Shown here in pieces: positions 33,063 through 41,935 of a stretch of DNA of 57,336 bases; the first letter of the stretch is position 1, and every line of letters starts with the position of its first letter. Both the position numbers and the translations under genes were made by a program. The DNA comes from Candidatus Omnitrophota bacterium (GTDB lineage Bacteria > Omnitrophota > Gorgyraeia > Gygaellales > Profunditerraquicolaceae). Under the pieces are notes generated by a model, which saw only the letters and a program-made list of their open reading frames with translations, did no database searches and was not told the origin of the DNA. The stretch spans positions 1-57,336 of the forward strand of contig JAMWCL010000002.1 of assembly GCA_023819035.1 (NCBI GenBank). The letters are read 5' to 3'.

Positions 33063-34540
33063 TGTTTAGATTAGACTTTAAAATGATAAATCCTTTTTCT
33101 CAGATAAGCAGGGATTTAGTCGGGATAGACCTTAGCACCCATACCTTAAAGATGTCTCATTTAAGGGTTTATCCTAATCGAAAAGAACTGCTTAATTTGA
33201 CTTATCGTAATATCAGTGGTCTATCCGATATAGAGATTGCCAGGTTAATCTCAGATTGTCTTTTAGAATTTAAAGCAAACAAACCTTATATCGCCAACAT
33301 TATATCTTCTAATCTAGTAATCACTAAAAATATTGAGATTCCTTCTACCAATCCCTATGAGATCCATCAGATTATAAATCTTCAAGCAGGTAGGCACACC
33401 CCTTATTCAAAGGAGGAGATTATCGTAGATTATATTGATATCGGCATATTTAAACAAAGCTATACCAAGGTACTTTTGGTCATCCTTGTCCGCAGTAATT
33501 TAAAAAGGCAGTATTATTTATTGGAAAAAGCAGGGCTTAATGTAGAGAAAACCTTTTTTGCTGCCGAGGCTTTTAGTGGACTTTTATTTAAACCTTTTCA
33601 ACAAGAAGCTCAAGATGCCCCCATTAACCTTATTCACATTGATGAGATTTTTACTGATTTTGTCATAGTTCTTAAAGACAGACCCATCTTTATTCGAAAT
33701 ATACCGATTGGGGCTCAGCATATTAGTCAGGAAGGTCAGAGATATTTTAGCCGGTTTATAGAAGAAGCAAAAAGATCCCTTGAATCTTATCAGAGCGAAG
33801 ATATTGAAAGAATACCTAAGCTGGCTATCCTTTATGGCGCTATCCAAGATATTGCCCAGTTAAGCTCCCTTCTATCGGAAGGCTTAAACCTTCCTGTGCG
33901 GATAGCATCTTATTATCAAAATTTAATACTTTCCGAACGCGCACGCAAGGTTCTTCTTGAGACAAAGCATCTTTCCTTTCTTCCTGTGATCGCTCCTCTT
34001 TTAGATTGGCAAACATTGAAGGTAGATTTTATCCCTGAAGAGATAAGATTAAAGAAGGAGATTAAGGAAAGAGCCAAAGACTTAGTTAAGACAGGTATTT
34101 TAAGTTTAGCGGTATTTGTATTAATATTTTTTATTTTAATTACCAAGATTTATTTTAAGGGCGCTTATCTAAGTAAATTAAATTTAAGATACCAACAGTT
34201 AGAAGATGAGGCAAAAAAGCTACAGGGTGATTTTGCCAAGATCAGCCTAATAAGAAATTATTTAGCAAATCGGGGTTATTCTTTGGAGGTATTGATGGAG
34301 ATATATAATCTGTTGCCTTTGGAATTACAACTCGATGATCTCCGTTTCGATCTGCAGGGAAGGTTTAATCTTAAGGGAACCTCGGAAAAAATGTCTTCAG
34401 TTTATTCCTTTGTTGACGCGATGGAAAAATCAAGATACTTTAAGGCAGTTAAACTAAAATATACCACTAAAAGAAAAGAGGGCTCTAAAGACTTAACTGA
34501 TTTTGAGATTAGTTGTCTTTTAGAAAAGGGGTCAGATTAA
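33062..34540 (+). CDS. PilM-like actin-fold ATPase domain fused to a TM segment and a PilN-like domain (GspL analogue)
   Basis: GIDLSTHTLKM is a PilM-like N terminus. There is an internal TM (ILSLAVFVLIFFILITKIYF) followed by coiled coil. The ATG at 33062 overlaps the gspK stop (TGATG); the track ORF starts at 33047. Confidence 0.7.
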   Translation: MFRLDFKMINPFSQISRDLVGIDLSTHTLKMSHLRVYPNRKELLNLTYRNISGLSDIEIARLISDCLLEFKANKPYIANIISSNLVITKNIEIPSTNPYEIHQIINLQAGRHTPYSKEEIIVDYIDIGIFKQSYTKVLLVILVRSNLKRQYYLLEKAGLNVEKTFFAAEAFSGLLFKPFQQEAQDAPINLIHIDEIFTDFVIVLKDRPIFIRNIPIGAQHISQEGQRYFSRFIEEAKRSLESYQSEDIERIPKLAILYGAIQDIAQLSSLLSEGLNLPVRIASYYQNLILSERARKVLLETKHLSFLPVIAPLLDWQTLKVDFIPEEIRLKKEIKERAKDLVKTGILSLAVFVLIFFILITKIYFKGAYLSKLNLRYQQLEDEAKKLQGDFAKISLIRNYLANRGYSLEVLMEIYNLLPLELQLDDLRFDLQGRFNLKGTSEKMSSVYSFVDAMEKSRYFKAVKLKYTTKRKEGSKDLTDFEISCLLEKGSD

Positions 34541-35097
34541 TGCACCTTTTTAACCTTAGAGATTTTCTTAATCGTTTATCTAAAAGGGAAAAGATGATCT
34601 TTTATACCGCAGTTTTTTTTGTTGCGCTTACCTTACTGGATCGCTTGGTTATCTTTCCTATTTTTTCAAGGCTAAATGCCTTGGATAAGGAGATTCAGGA
34701 GAAAGAGGCAATAATTAAAAAGAACCTGCGCCTTTTAGCTCAGAAGGAAAGGATAATCGCTGAAAGTAACAAGTATTCTGGTTTTTTAGGTCCACTAAGA
34801 TCTGAGGAAGAGGAGATAACCTCGCTGCTTAAAGAGGTGGAGACCTTAGCTAACAAAAGTGGGATTTATATCTCCGAGATGAGACCCGCAGGAATAAAGG
34901 AATCTGACACCACCAAAAGATACCAGTTAAACTTAAGTTGCGAAGGTTCTATGGAACAGATCGCGGAATTTATGTATAATATAGAAGGTTCATATAAGCT
35001 GTTGGTTATTGAAAGATATCAGATAAATCCTAAGGCCAAGGAATCCATTATTACGCGCTGTAATATTACCATCTCTAAGATTATTTTACCTAAATAA
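34540..35097 (+). CDS. PilO/GspM-like bitopic assembly protein
   Basis: One TM (IFYTAVFFVALTLLD), a coiled coil, then a C-terminal alpha/beta domain. The ATG at 34540 overlaps the previous stop (TAATG); the track ORF uses a TTG at 34513. Confidence 0.6.
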   Translation: MHLFNLRDFLNRLSKREKMIFYTAVFFVALTLLDRLVIFPIFSRLNALDKEIQEKEAIIKKNLRLLAQKERIIAESNKYSGFLGPLRSEEEEITSLLKEVETLANKSGIYISEMRPAGIKESDTTKRYQLNLSCEGSMEQIAEFMYNIEGSYKLLVIERYQINPKAKESIITRCNITISKIILPK

Positions 35098-35111
35098 TAA
35101 GGAGGTAAGCG

Positions 35112-35588
35112 ATGTTAAGATTTATAGGTTTAGTTTTATGCTTGATTTTTGTATTAAATCTAAATATTTATGCTTTAGAAAATCCTTTAGTTAATATACG
35201 TCAGAAGCTCTTTGAGGAATCACAACTGATAAAACCGCTCTTAAGTAGCTCAAAGGATGTAGTCTTACTTAATTCTTTTTGGGATGCCTTAATTATGACT
35301 GTTTCACAGTTAGATGCTTATTTTTCTATGCTGAGGATTTTTAACACCATTAAAAAAGAGGCGCTTACGGAAGAGGCGGTTAAGGTCTTAATCGATTGGC
35401 TAAGTATGATTAAAAAGACCAATGAATTAAATCTCGCCAGTTTACATTCCTTGACCATTAATGTAGAAGAAGATACCAAGTTACATCTTGATAACTTAAG
35501 GCAATATTATACCGAACTAAATACCTTAATAGATATAGAATTAAATAAACATACCATTATTATTACTTCCTTGAAGACAAAAAGATGA
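35112..35588 (+). CDS. Hypothetical exported helical protein
   Basis: Signal-like N terminus MLRFIGLVLCLIFVLNLNIYA. I recognise no motif. SD GGAGG precedes the ATG, and the gene sits inside the pilus assembly operon. Confidence 0.55.
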   Translation: MLRFIGLVLCLIFVLNLNIYALENPLVNIRQKLFEESQLIKPLLSSSKDVVLLNSFWDALIMTVSQLDAYFSMLRIFNTIKKEALTEEAVKVLIDWLSMIKKTNELNLASLHSLTINVEEDTKLHLDNLRQYYTELNTLIDIELNKHTIIITSLKTKR

Positions 35589-35992
35589 GAGCACATTTTT
35601 TAAAGATTATAATCTTTGGTTTTGTTTTATTTTTGATTTTTCTTTCTTTGACCTTTGCCCAAGAAAAGAATAATCAGGAAGAAGATCCTTTTTTATGGGA
35701 CTTTGGTAAGATAAAAGAAGGTGAGATTGTAAAACATACCTTTATATTAAATAATGACTCAGATAAAATTTTAACAATTAGTGAGGTTAATACCTCTTGT
35801 GGTTGTACTGTTTCGCAATTAGAGAAAAAGGTCATTAATCCGGGCGAGAGCATAAATTTAGAGGTGAGTTTTAATTCAAGGGGATATTCAGGGATAGTAA
35901 GACAGTTTATCTATGTTCATACCGATAGTCTTGACAATCCGATTATAAAATATACAATAATTGCTGAGGTAATAAGAGGAGGTGGTTCTTAA
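35585..35992 (+). CDS. DUF1573-like exported Ig-fold protein
   Basis: Signal peptide, then WDFGKIKEGEIVKHTFILNNDSDKILTISEVNTSCGCT...PGESINLEVSFNS, which resembles the DUF1573 signature. ATGA overlap with the upstream ORF. Confidence 0.6.
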   Translation: MRAHFLKIIIFGFVLFLIFLSLTFAQEKNNQEEDPFLWDFGKIKEGEIVKHTFILNNDSDKILTISEVNTSCGCTVSQLEKKVINPGESINLEVSFNSRGYSGIVRQFIYVHTDSLDNPIIKYTIIAEVIRGGGS

Positions 35993-35993
35993 G

Positions 35994-36959
35994 ATGTTTA
36001 CTCTAAAATTAAGGATGTATCTTCTGGTAACAGTTCTTTTCGGGATAATCTATGCAGTAATAGTAATGATTGGCTTAAGTTTAGGCATCATTAATTTTTA
36101 TTTTTACCTTTTTTTATCTTTGCTAATGATGTTTATCCAATATATGATTGGTCCGTATTTAGTAGAATGGATGATGCATGTTCGCTATATTAAAAGAGAG
36201 GATAATCCTCAGCTTTATCAGATAGTAGAAGATTTGGCTAATTCTGCAGGGATTCCCATGCCTAAGGTGGGTATTGCTTATATATCTTTACCGAACGCCT
36301 TTGCCTTTGGTCGGTCTTTAAGGGATGGTAGGGTCTGTGTTACAGAAGGAATCCTAAGATTATTGAATAAAGAGGAGTTAAAGGCGGTTTTAGGACACGA
36401 AATAAGCCATCTAAAGAATCGCGATGTTTTAGTCATCACCTTACTTTCTGTAATTCCCATGGTTATGTATCGGATTGCCTGGCAATTTTTATTTTATAGG
36501 CCTCGGCAAAATGAAAGACAAACTGGTTATACTGCCTTTGCCTTAGGCATGGTAGCTTTTCTGTTTTATTTCATCACCAATCTTTTAGTTCTTTATGCCT
36601 CGCGGATCCGCGAGTATTTTGCGGATAGAGGTTCGGTTCTTTTAGGAAACCCTCCTTCCCAACTTGCCTCAAGCCTTTATAAACTTGTATATGGTTCTTC
36701 TCGGATTAACCCTGATGCCCTAAAACAGGTTGAGGGACTAAAGGCCTTCTTTGTGAATGACCCTTCTTGCGCACTAAAAGAAGTTAGGGAATTAAAAGAT
36801 TTAGATCTGGATAGAAGTGGCACAATCGAACCTTTAGAATTAGAGGCCTTAAGTTCCAGACCTATAAGATTAAGCTTTGTTGATAAACTCTTTGAACTTT
36901 TAAGCACCCACCCTAATATGCTTAAACGTATAAAACGCCTCTGTGAATATAAGGTTTAA
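35994..36959 (+). CDS. htpX: HtpX-family M48 zinc metalloprotease
   Basis: NAFAFGR, HEISH in VLGHEISHLKNRD, four TM segments, REYFADRGS, C-terminal STHPNMLKRI. The ATG at 35994 follows GGAGG; the track ORF starts at a GTG at 35982. Confidence 0.85.
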   Translation: MFTLKLRMYLLVTVLFGIIYAVIVMIGLSLGIINFYFYLFLSLLMMFIQYMIGPYLVEWMMHVRYIKREDNPQLYQIVEDLANSAGIPMPKVGIAYISLPNAFAFGRSLRDGRVCVTEGILRLLNKEELKAVLGHEISHLKNRDVLVITLLSVIPMVMYRIAWQFLFYRPRQNERQTGYTAFALGMVAFLFYFITNLLVLYASRIREYFADRGSVLLGNPPSQLASSLYKLVYGSSRINPDALKQVEGLKAFFVNDPSCALKEVRELKDLDLDRSGTIEPLELEALSSRPIRLSFVDKLFELLSTHPNMLKRIKRLCEYKV

Positions 36960-36972
36960 GACGCTTTTTATC

Positions 36973-37001
36973 TTGACCAAACTTATTTAATCATGTATAA
37001 T
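36973..37001 (+). promoter_or_regulatory. Sigma70-like promoter upstream of rplU
   Basis: TTGACC (36973-36978), 17-nt spacer, TATAAT (36996-37001). Confidence 0.5.
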
Positions 37002-37062
37002 ATAAATTCCTGTTTTTAGAATAGGTTATTTTATTTATTCTTTTAGGAGGGAAAGAATAAAA

Positions 37063-37380
37063 ATGTATGCAATAATTGAAGTTGGAGCAAAACAATATCC
37101 GGTAGCGCCTGGCGATACCATCGAGGTAGAAAAACAATCTGCTAAAGAAGCAGAAGAGATAATTCTGGATAAGGTGCTTTTAGTTTCCGCAGATGAACAG
37201 ATTTTAATCGGACAGCCCTATGTTAAAGATGTAAAAGTAAAGGCAGAGGTTTTAAAGCATTTTAAAGCAAGGAAGGTTATCTCTTACAAGTATCGCCGAC
37301 GTAAATCCTCACACTGGAAAAAGGGTCACCGTCAATCTCTGACCCGCCTTAAGATTAAAGAGATTCTTATTAAAAAATGA
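37063..37380 (+). CDS. rplU: 50S ribosomal protein L21
   Basis: MYAIIEVGAKQYPVAPGDTIEVEK...KVISYKYRRRKSSHWKKGHRQ. Confidence 0.95.
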   Translation: MYAIIEVGAKQYPVAPGDTIEVEKQSAKEAEEIILDKVLLVSADEQILIGQPYVKDVKVKAEVLKHFKARKVISYKYRRRKSSHWKKGHRQSLTRLKIKEILIKK

Positions 37381-37381
37381 G

Positions 37382-38335
37382 ATGTTCATTGATAATGTCA
37401 AGATATATGTAAAGGCCGGTGACGGAGGTAAGGGGTGCCGCAGTTTCTATCGCGATAAATACCGACGTAAAGGTATTCCTGATGGTGGAGATGGAGGAAA
37501 AGGAGCAGATATTATCATTAAAGCAGATAGGAATCTGCATACCCTTTTAGATTTTAAATACCAGCACCACTTCATTGGTAAGGATGGAGCTGACGGCGCA
37601 GGCAAAAATAAAAAAGGCAAAGACGCAGAACCGGTTATAATCCGTGTTCCCGTGGGAACGATGGTAAAGGATACTTATACAAATTGTATTTTAGCAGATT
37701 TAGATAAGGATGGGCAAGCGGTAATTGTTGCCTATGGTGGTAAGGGTGGCAAAGGTAACCAGCATCGGATTGAACCAACCTGTGGTCAAAAAGGAGAAGA
37801 AAGGCAATTAATCTTAGATTTAAAACTTATCGCAGATATTGGTTTGATAGGTTTTCCCAATGTAGGAAAATCTACCTTAATCTCCGCAATCTCGAATGCA
37901 CACCCTTTAATTGCTAATTATCCCTTTACCACTAAATCTCCGGTCTTAGCAGTGGTAGAAGAGGATGAGCGAAGCTTTGTGATCGCTGATATACCTGGAC
38001 TTATTGAGGGTTCCTGGCAGGGTAAGGGTTTGGGGGATAGATTCTTAAGGCATATTGAGCGCACAAAGCTCTTAGTGCATATGATTGATATCTCAGGTAG
38101 CCAGGGTCGCAACCCCATCCAAGACTATAAGATTATTAATAAAGAGTTAAGCAATTACAGCAAAGAAGTAGCAAGAAAGCCCCAGATTATTGTGGCCAAT
38201 AAGATGGATTTAGAGGGAGCAGAGAAGAATTTGGAGGAATTTAAAAAGGTAATTAAAAAGAAGGTCTATCCTATCTCAGCCTTAAAAAGAGAAGGGCTTA
38301 AGGAGTTATTGGATGCGTTTAAAAAAAGATTATAA
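37382..38335 (+). CDS. obg: GTPase Obg/CgtA (317 aa, no C-terminal extension domain)
   Basis: MFIDNVKIYVKAGDGGKGCRSFYR, GGDGGKGADIII, G1 GFPNVGKST, G3 DIPGLIEG, G4 NKMD. Confidence 0.95.
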   Translation: MFIDNVKIYVKAGDGGKGCRSFYRDKYRRKGIPDGGDGGKGADIIIKADRNLHTLLDFKYQHHFIGKDGADGAGKNKKGKDAEPVIIRVPVGTMVKDTYTNCILADLDKDGQAVIVAYGGKGGKGNQHRIEPTCGQKGEERQLILDLKLIADIGLIGFPNVGKSTLISAISNAHPLIANYPFTTKSPVLAVVEEDERSFVIADIPGLIEGSWQGKGLGDRFLRHIERTKLLVHMIDISGSQGRNPIQDYKIINKELSNYSKEVARKPQIIVANKMDLEGAEKNLEEFKKVIKKKVYPISALKREGLKELLDAFKKRL

Positions 38336-39389
38336 ACGCATCGTAATAAAAATAGGAGCAAGTCTTTTTTATCCGGAAAAGAGTAAATTCGATCTTAAAC
38401 TAATCTATCAGCTTGCCGGAGAGATAGCCACTTTAGTTAAAGAAAAGAAACAGACCATCTTAGTTTCTTCGGGTGCGATTGCCTTAGGGATGACGGTATT
38501 AGGTTTAAAAGAAAGGCCTAAACAATTAGCTTATCTTCAGGCAAGCGCTGCTTTGGGGCAGAATGAACTAATGAATGTTTATCGTCAGGTTTTTAAAGAT
38601 AAAGGCATAAACTGCGCCCAGGTTCTTTTAACCTGGGATGATTTTAGTGATCGCCGACGTTATCTCAATGCCAAGAATACCTTGGAGACCCTCTTAAGGA
38701 TGAATATCATCCCTATAATTAACGAAAATGATACGGTCTCAACCGATGAGATTAAATTTGGGGATAACGACCGACTCTCTGCCTTGGTTTCCAGTCTTAT
38801 CTTAGCTGACCTTTTGATCATCCTTTCCGATGTGGAAGGGCTTTTAGATAAGAATAAGCAGGTAATTCAGATAGTAGATGAAATTACCCCTCAGATAAAG
38901 GCTTTAGCCTGTCCCACGGATAAGAAGGTCTGTGTTGGTGGGATGGTGACTAAATTAGAGGCAGCGCGCATTGCGGTAGATTCGGGTATCCCCTGTTTGA
39001 TTGCTAACGGAAGAAGTAAAGGTATAATCCTTTCTGCGGTGCGCAATCCTGCAGAGGCAGGAACGCTATTTATTCCTAAGCAGGGTTTTTTAGATGCGAA
39101 ACAATCTTGGCTTGCTTTCAGCGCTAAACCCAAAGGAAGGATCTTTGTTGATGAGGGAGCAAAGAAGGCTCTGTTAGAGAAAAAGAGCTTGCTTTCGGTG
39201 GGGATAACCGGCATTGAGGGTGGATTTGAGGCAGGTGAGGTAGTCAGTGTGGCGGATAAGAAAAACAAGGAATTTGCCCGGGGTAAGGTAGGAGTCTCCA
39301 GTAAGCAATTAGAGAAGGTTAAAGGCACTTACTACCCAAAGGAGGTGATCCACCGCGACAACCTGGTTATCCTTAGGGACGTTCTTTAA
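38313..39389 (+). CDS. proB: Glutamate 5-kinase with a PUA domain
   Basis: RIVIKIGASL, VSSGAIALG, INENDTVSTDEIKFGDNDRLSA, and a C-terminal PUA-like domain (GRIFVDEGA...GKV). Confidence 0.92.
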   Translation: MRLKKDYKRIVIKIGASLFYPEKSKFDLKLIYQLAGEIATLVKEKKQTILVSSGAIALGMTVLGLKERPKQLAYLQASAALGQNELMNVYRQVFKDKGINCAQVLLTWDDFSDRRRYLNAKNTLETLLRMNIIPIINENDTVSTDEIKFGDNDRLSALVSSLILADLLIILSDVEGLLDKNKQVIQIVDEITPQIKALACPTDKKVCVGGMVTKLEAARIAVDSGIPCLIANGRSKGIILSAVRNPAEAGTLFIPKQGFLDAKQSWLAFSAKPKGRIFVDEGAKKALLEKKSLLSVGITGIEGGFEAGEVVSVADKKNKEFARGKVGVSSKQLEKVKGTYYPKEVIHRDNLVILRDVL

Positions 39390-39426
39390 TTTGTTCGTAA
39401 GACTGTCCCTTTTAGGAGGTTAAAAG

Positions 39427-40689
39427 ATGCAGTTAAAACAGGAAATTATTAAGATAGCTAAAAAAGCTAAAGAGGCTTCAAAAAATACTATCTTTATCTC
39501 CACCACAGTCAAAGATAACGCTCTTAAATCAATGGCTAAGGCGCTACTGGATAAGACAAAGGATATCCTTAAGGCAAACCAGAAGGATATTATTTCTGCT
39601 AAGCAAGCCAGATTATCCCCTGCCTTTATTGACCGACTTATTTTGGATGAAAAAAGGATAACTCAAATGGCAGAATCTTTAGAGGAGATTGCAAGATCGG
39701 AAGATCCCGTGGGTAAGCTGATAAAATCCTGGACGCGACCAAATGGGTTGCGGATAGATAAGGTGCGGGTTCCCATTGGGGTAGTGGCGATTATCTATGA
39801 ATCACGTCCTAATGTTACCTCTGACTGTATTGGCCTTTGTCTTAAATCGGGAAACTCGGTGATCTTAAGGGGAGGAAGCCAGGCCCTTAATTCTAATCTA
39901 ACTATATTTAAGATTCTTAATGATGAGGCAAAAAAAGCAGGGCTTCCTGAAGGATTAATCAATCTCATTACTATCCCTGAGCGGCGCGCAATAGATATCC
40001 TGTTAAGTTTAACGGATTATATTGACTTAGTGATCCCGCGCGGGGGAGAGGATTTGATTAAGAGGGTAACTAAGCTTTCTCGCATCCCTGTGATAAAACA
40101 TTATAAAGGTATCTGCCATGTCTATGTAGATGAATGGGCGGATTTAAATATGGCAGAAAATATATGTTTTAATGCTAAAGTTCAGAGGCCAGGGGTATGC
40201 AATGCCATGGAGTCGATGTTAGTGCATAAGGATGTTGCGGTGAGGTTTTTACCTGGAATGCTTAAGAAATTCATGGAGGCAAATGTGGAGATTCGAGGAT
40301 GTGCCCTTACACGGAAGATTGTCAAGAACAAAGCCATAAAGAAAGCCACCGAAAAGGATTATCGTACGGAGTATTTAGATTTAATTCTTTCGGTAAAGGT
40401 GGTGGATAGTTTAAAAGCGGCGATTGAACACATCAATAATTACGGTTCACATCATTCTGATGCCATTGTTACTGATAATTACCAGAATGCCTTAGAATTT
40501 ATGCGGGCGGTAGATTCTGCTTGTGTATATGTAAATGCCTCTACCCGTTTTACTGACGGATATCAATTTGGCTTGGGTGCAGAGATCGGGATTTCTACTG
40601 ATAAATTACACTGTCGGGGACCGATGGCCCTTGAGGAGCTAACCACATATAAATATATGGTCTTTGGAAACGGACAGATAAGGATATAA
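39427..40689 (+). CDS. proA: Gamma-glutamyl phosphate reductase
   Basis: VPIGVVAIIYESRPNVT, LRGGS, CNAMESMLVH, GSHHSDAIVT, NASTRFTDG. Confidence 0.93.
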   Translation: MQLKQEIIKIAKKAKEASKNTIFISTTVKDNALKSMAKALLDKTKDILKANQKDIISAKQARLSPAFIDRLILDEKRITQMAESLEEIARSEDPVGKLIKSWTRPNGLRIDKVRVPIGVVAIIYESRPNVTSDCIGLCLKSGNSVILRGGSQALNSNLTIFKILNDEAKKAGLPEGLINLITIPERRAIDILLSLTDYIDLVIPRGGEDLIKRVTKLSRIPVIKHYKGICHVYVDEWADLNMAENICFNAKVQRPGVCNAMESMLVHKDVAVRFLPGMLKKFMEANVEIRGCALTRKIVKNKAIKKATEKDYRTEYLDLILSVKVVDSLKAAIEHINNYGSHHSDAIVTDNYQNALEFMRAVDSACVYVNASTRFTDGYQFGLGAEIGISTDKLHCRGPMALEELTTYKYMVFGNGQIRI

Positions 40690-40720
40690 ATCAAGGCAAT
40701 AGTCCCTTTATAAGATAAGG

Positions 40721-41287
40721 ATGAGGATTGGGATATTAGGTGGCACATTTAATCCTATTCATTTAGGGCATTTAATTCTGGCGGAGGAAGCAAGGCAGAA
40801 GCTTAAATTAGATAAGGTTATCTTTGTGCCGACTTATCTACCTCCGCATAAGGATAATAAAGAGATCGCCCCTGCACAGGATAGACTAAAGATGGTAAAG
40901 CTTGCCATCAAAAATAATCCTTATTTTTCTGTCTCTGATATTGAGATAAGAAGGAAGGGACGCTCTTACACCATTGATACACTTAGAGAATTTAAAAGAA
41001 TTATGCCTTCAGATGAGCTTTACTTTATTATTGGTTCAGACCTTTTAAATTATTTAAATGAATGGAAGGACTTAGATGAGATTCTTAAGATGGTAAATTT
41101 CATTGTTGCTACGCGTCCAGATTATCCCTTAGATAAGCTTCCTCCGCATATCACCACTTTACCTATTCGAGCAGTAGATATCTCAGGATATCAGATTCGC
41201 CAGGCAATTAAACAAAAACATTCCTTTCGTTATTTAGTACCTGAAAAAGTATTTAAATATATTACAAAAAGGGGGCTTTATCGATAA
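40721..41287 (+). CDS. nadD: Nicotinate-nucleotide adenylyltransferase
   Basis: IGILGGTFNPIHLGHL, PPHK, ISGYQIR. Confidence 0.9.
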   Translation: MRIGILGGTFNPIHLGHLILAEEARQKLKLDKVIFVPTYLPPHKDNKEIAPAQDRLKMVKLAIKNNPYFSVSDIEIRRKGRSYTIDTLREFKRIMPSDELYFIIGSDLLNYLNEWKDLDEILKMVNFIVATRPDYPLDKLPPHITTLPIRAVDISGYQIRQAIKQKHSFRYLVPEKVFKYITKRGLYR

Positions 41288-41290
41288 AAG

Positions 41291-41935
41291 ATGAAGATCA
41301 AGGTCTCTGCTTCTATCTTATCTGCGGATTTCAGTTGTTTGAAGGAAGAGATAAAGAAGGTAGAGTCTGCAGGGGTAGATATGCTCCATATCGATGTAAT
41401 GGACGGGCATTTTGTTCCTAATATTACTATTGGACCAGTGGTAATTAAGGATATCCGTAAGATTACCAGGCTTCCTCTGGATGTGCATTTAATGATTAAG
41501 AATCCTTGGTATTTTGTTGATGACTTTATTAAGGCAGGCAGTGATATGATTACAGTGCATATTGAGACTGTTTCAAAATCCAGTTTAAGAGCAATAGGTA
41601 AGAAATTAAAATCAAAAGGTATAAAGATGGGGATTGCTTTAAATCCCTCGACAAGTCTTGATAAGATTAAAGATGTGCTTAATCTGGTTGATCTTGTTTT
41701 GGTAATGTCGGTTAATCCAGGTTTTAGTGGTCAGAGTTTTATTTCGTCGGTGATCCCGAAGATTAAAAGATTACGCTGTATCTTTAAAGGAGATATTGCA
41801 GTAGATGGGGGTATAAATGATAAGGTTGCCCCTTTTCTTATCCGTGCTGGTGCTAATATCTTGGCTTCCGCTTCTTATCTGTTTGGGGCAAAGGATAAAA
41901 AATTAGCTATTAAGAGGTTAAAAGATGCAGAATAA
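41291..41935 (+). CDS. rpe: Ribulose-phosphate 3-epimerase
   Basis: SILSADF, HIDVMDGHFVPNITIGP, DVHLMI, MSVNPGFSGQSF, VDGGI. Confidence 0.93.
   Translation: MKIKVSASILSADFSCLKEEIKKVESAGVDMLHIDVMDGHFVPNITIGPVVIKDIRKITRLPLDVHLMIKNPWYFVDDFIKAGSDMITVHIETVSKSSLRAIGKKLKSKGIKMGIALNPSTSLDKIKDVLNLVDLVLVMSVNPGFSGQSFISSVIPKIKRLRCIFKGDIAVDGGINDKVAPFLIRAGANILASASYLFGAKDKKLAIKRLKDAE

Noticed and set aside
39370-39412. Hairpin AGGGAC...GTCCCT followed by TTT at the proB/proA junction, as a possible terminator or attenuator
   Set aside because: The stem is only 6 bp with a ~24-nt loop and a 3-nt U tract, and proA follows immediately with its own SD. It is too weak to call.
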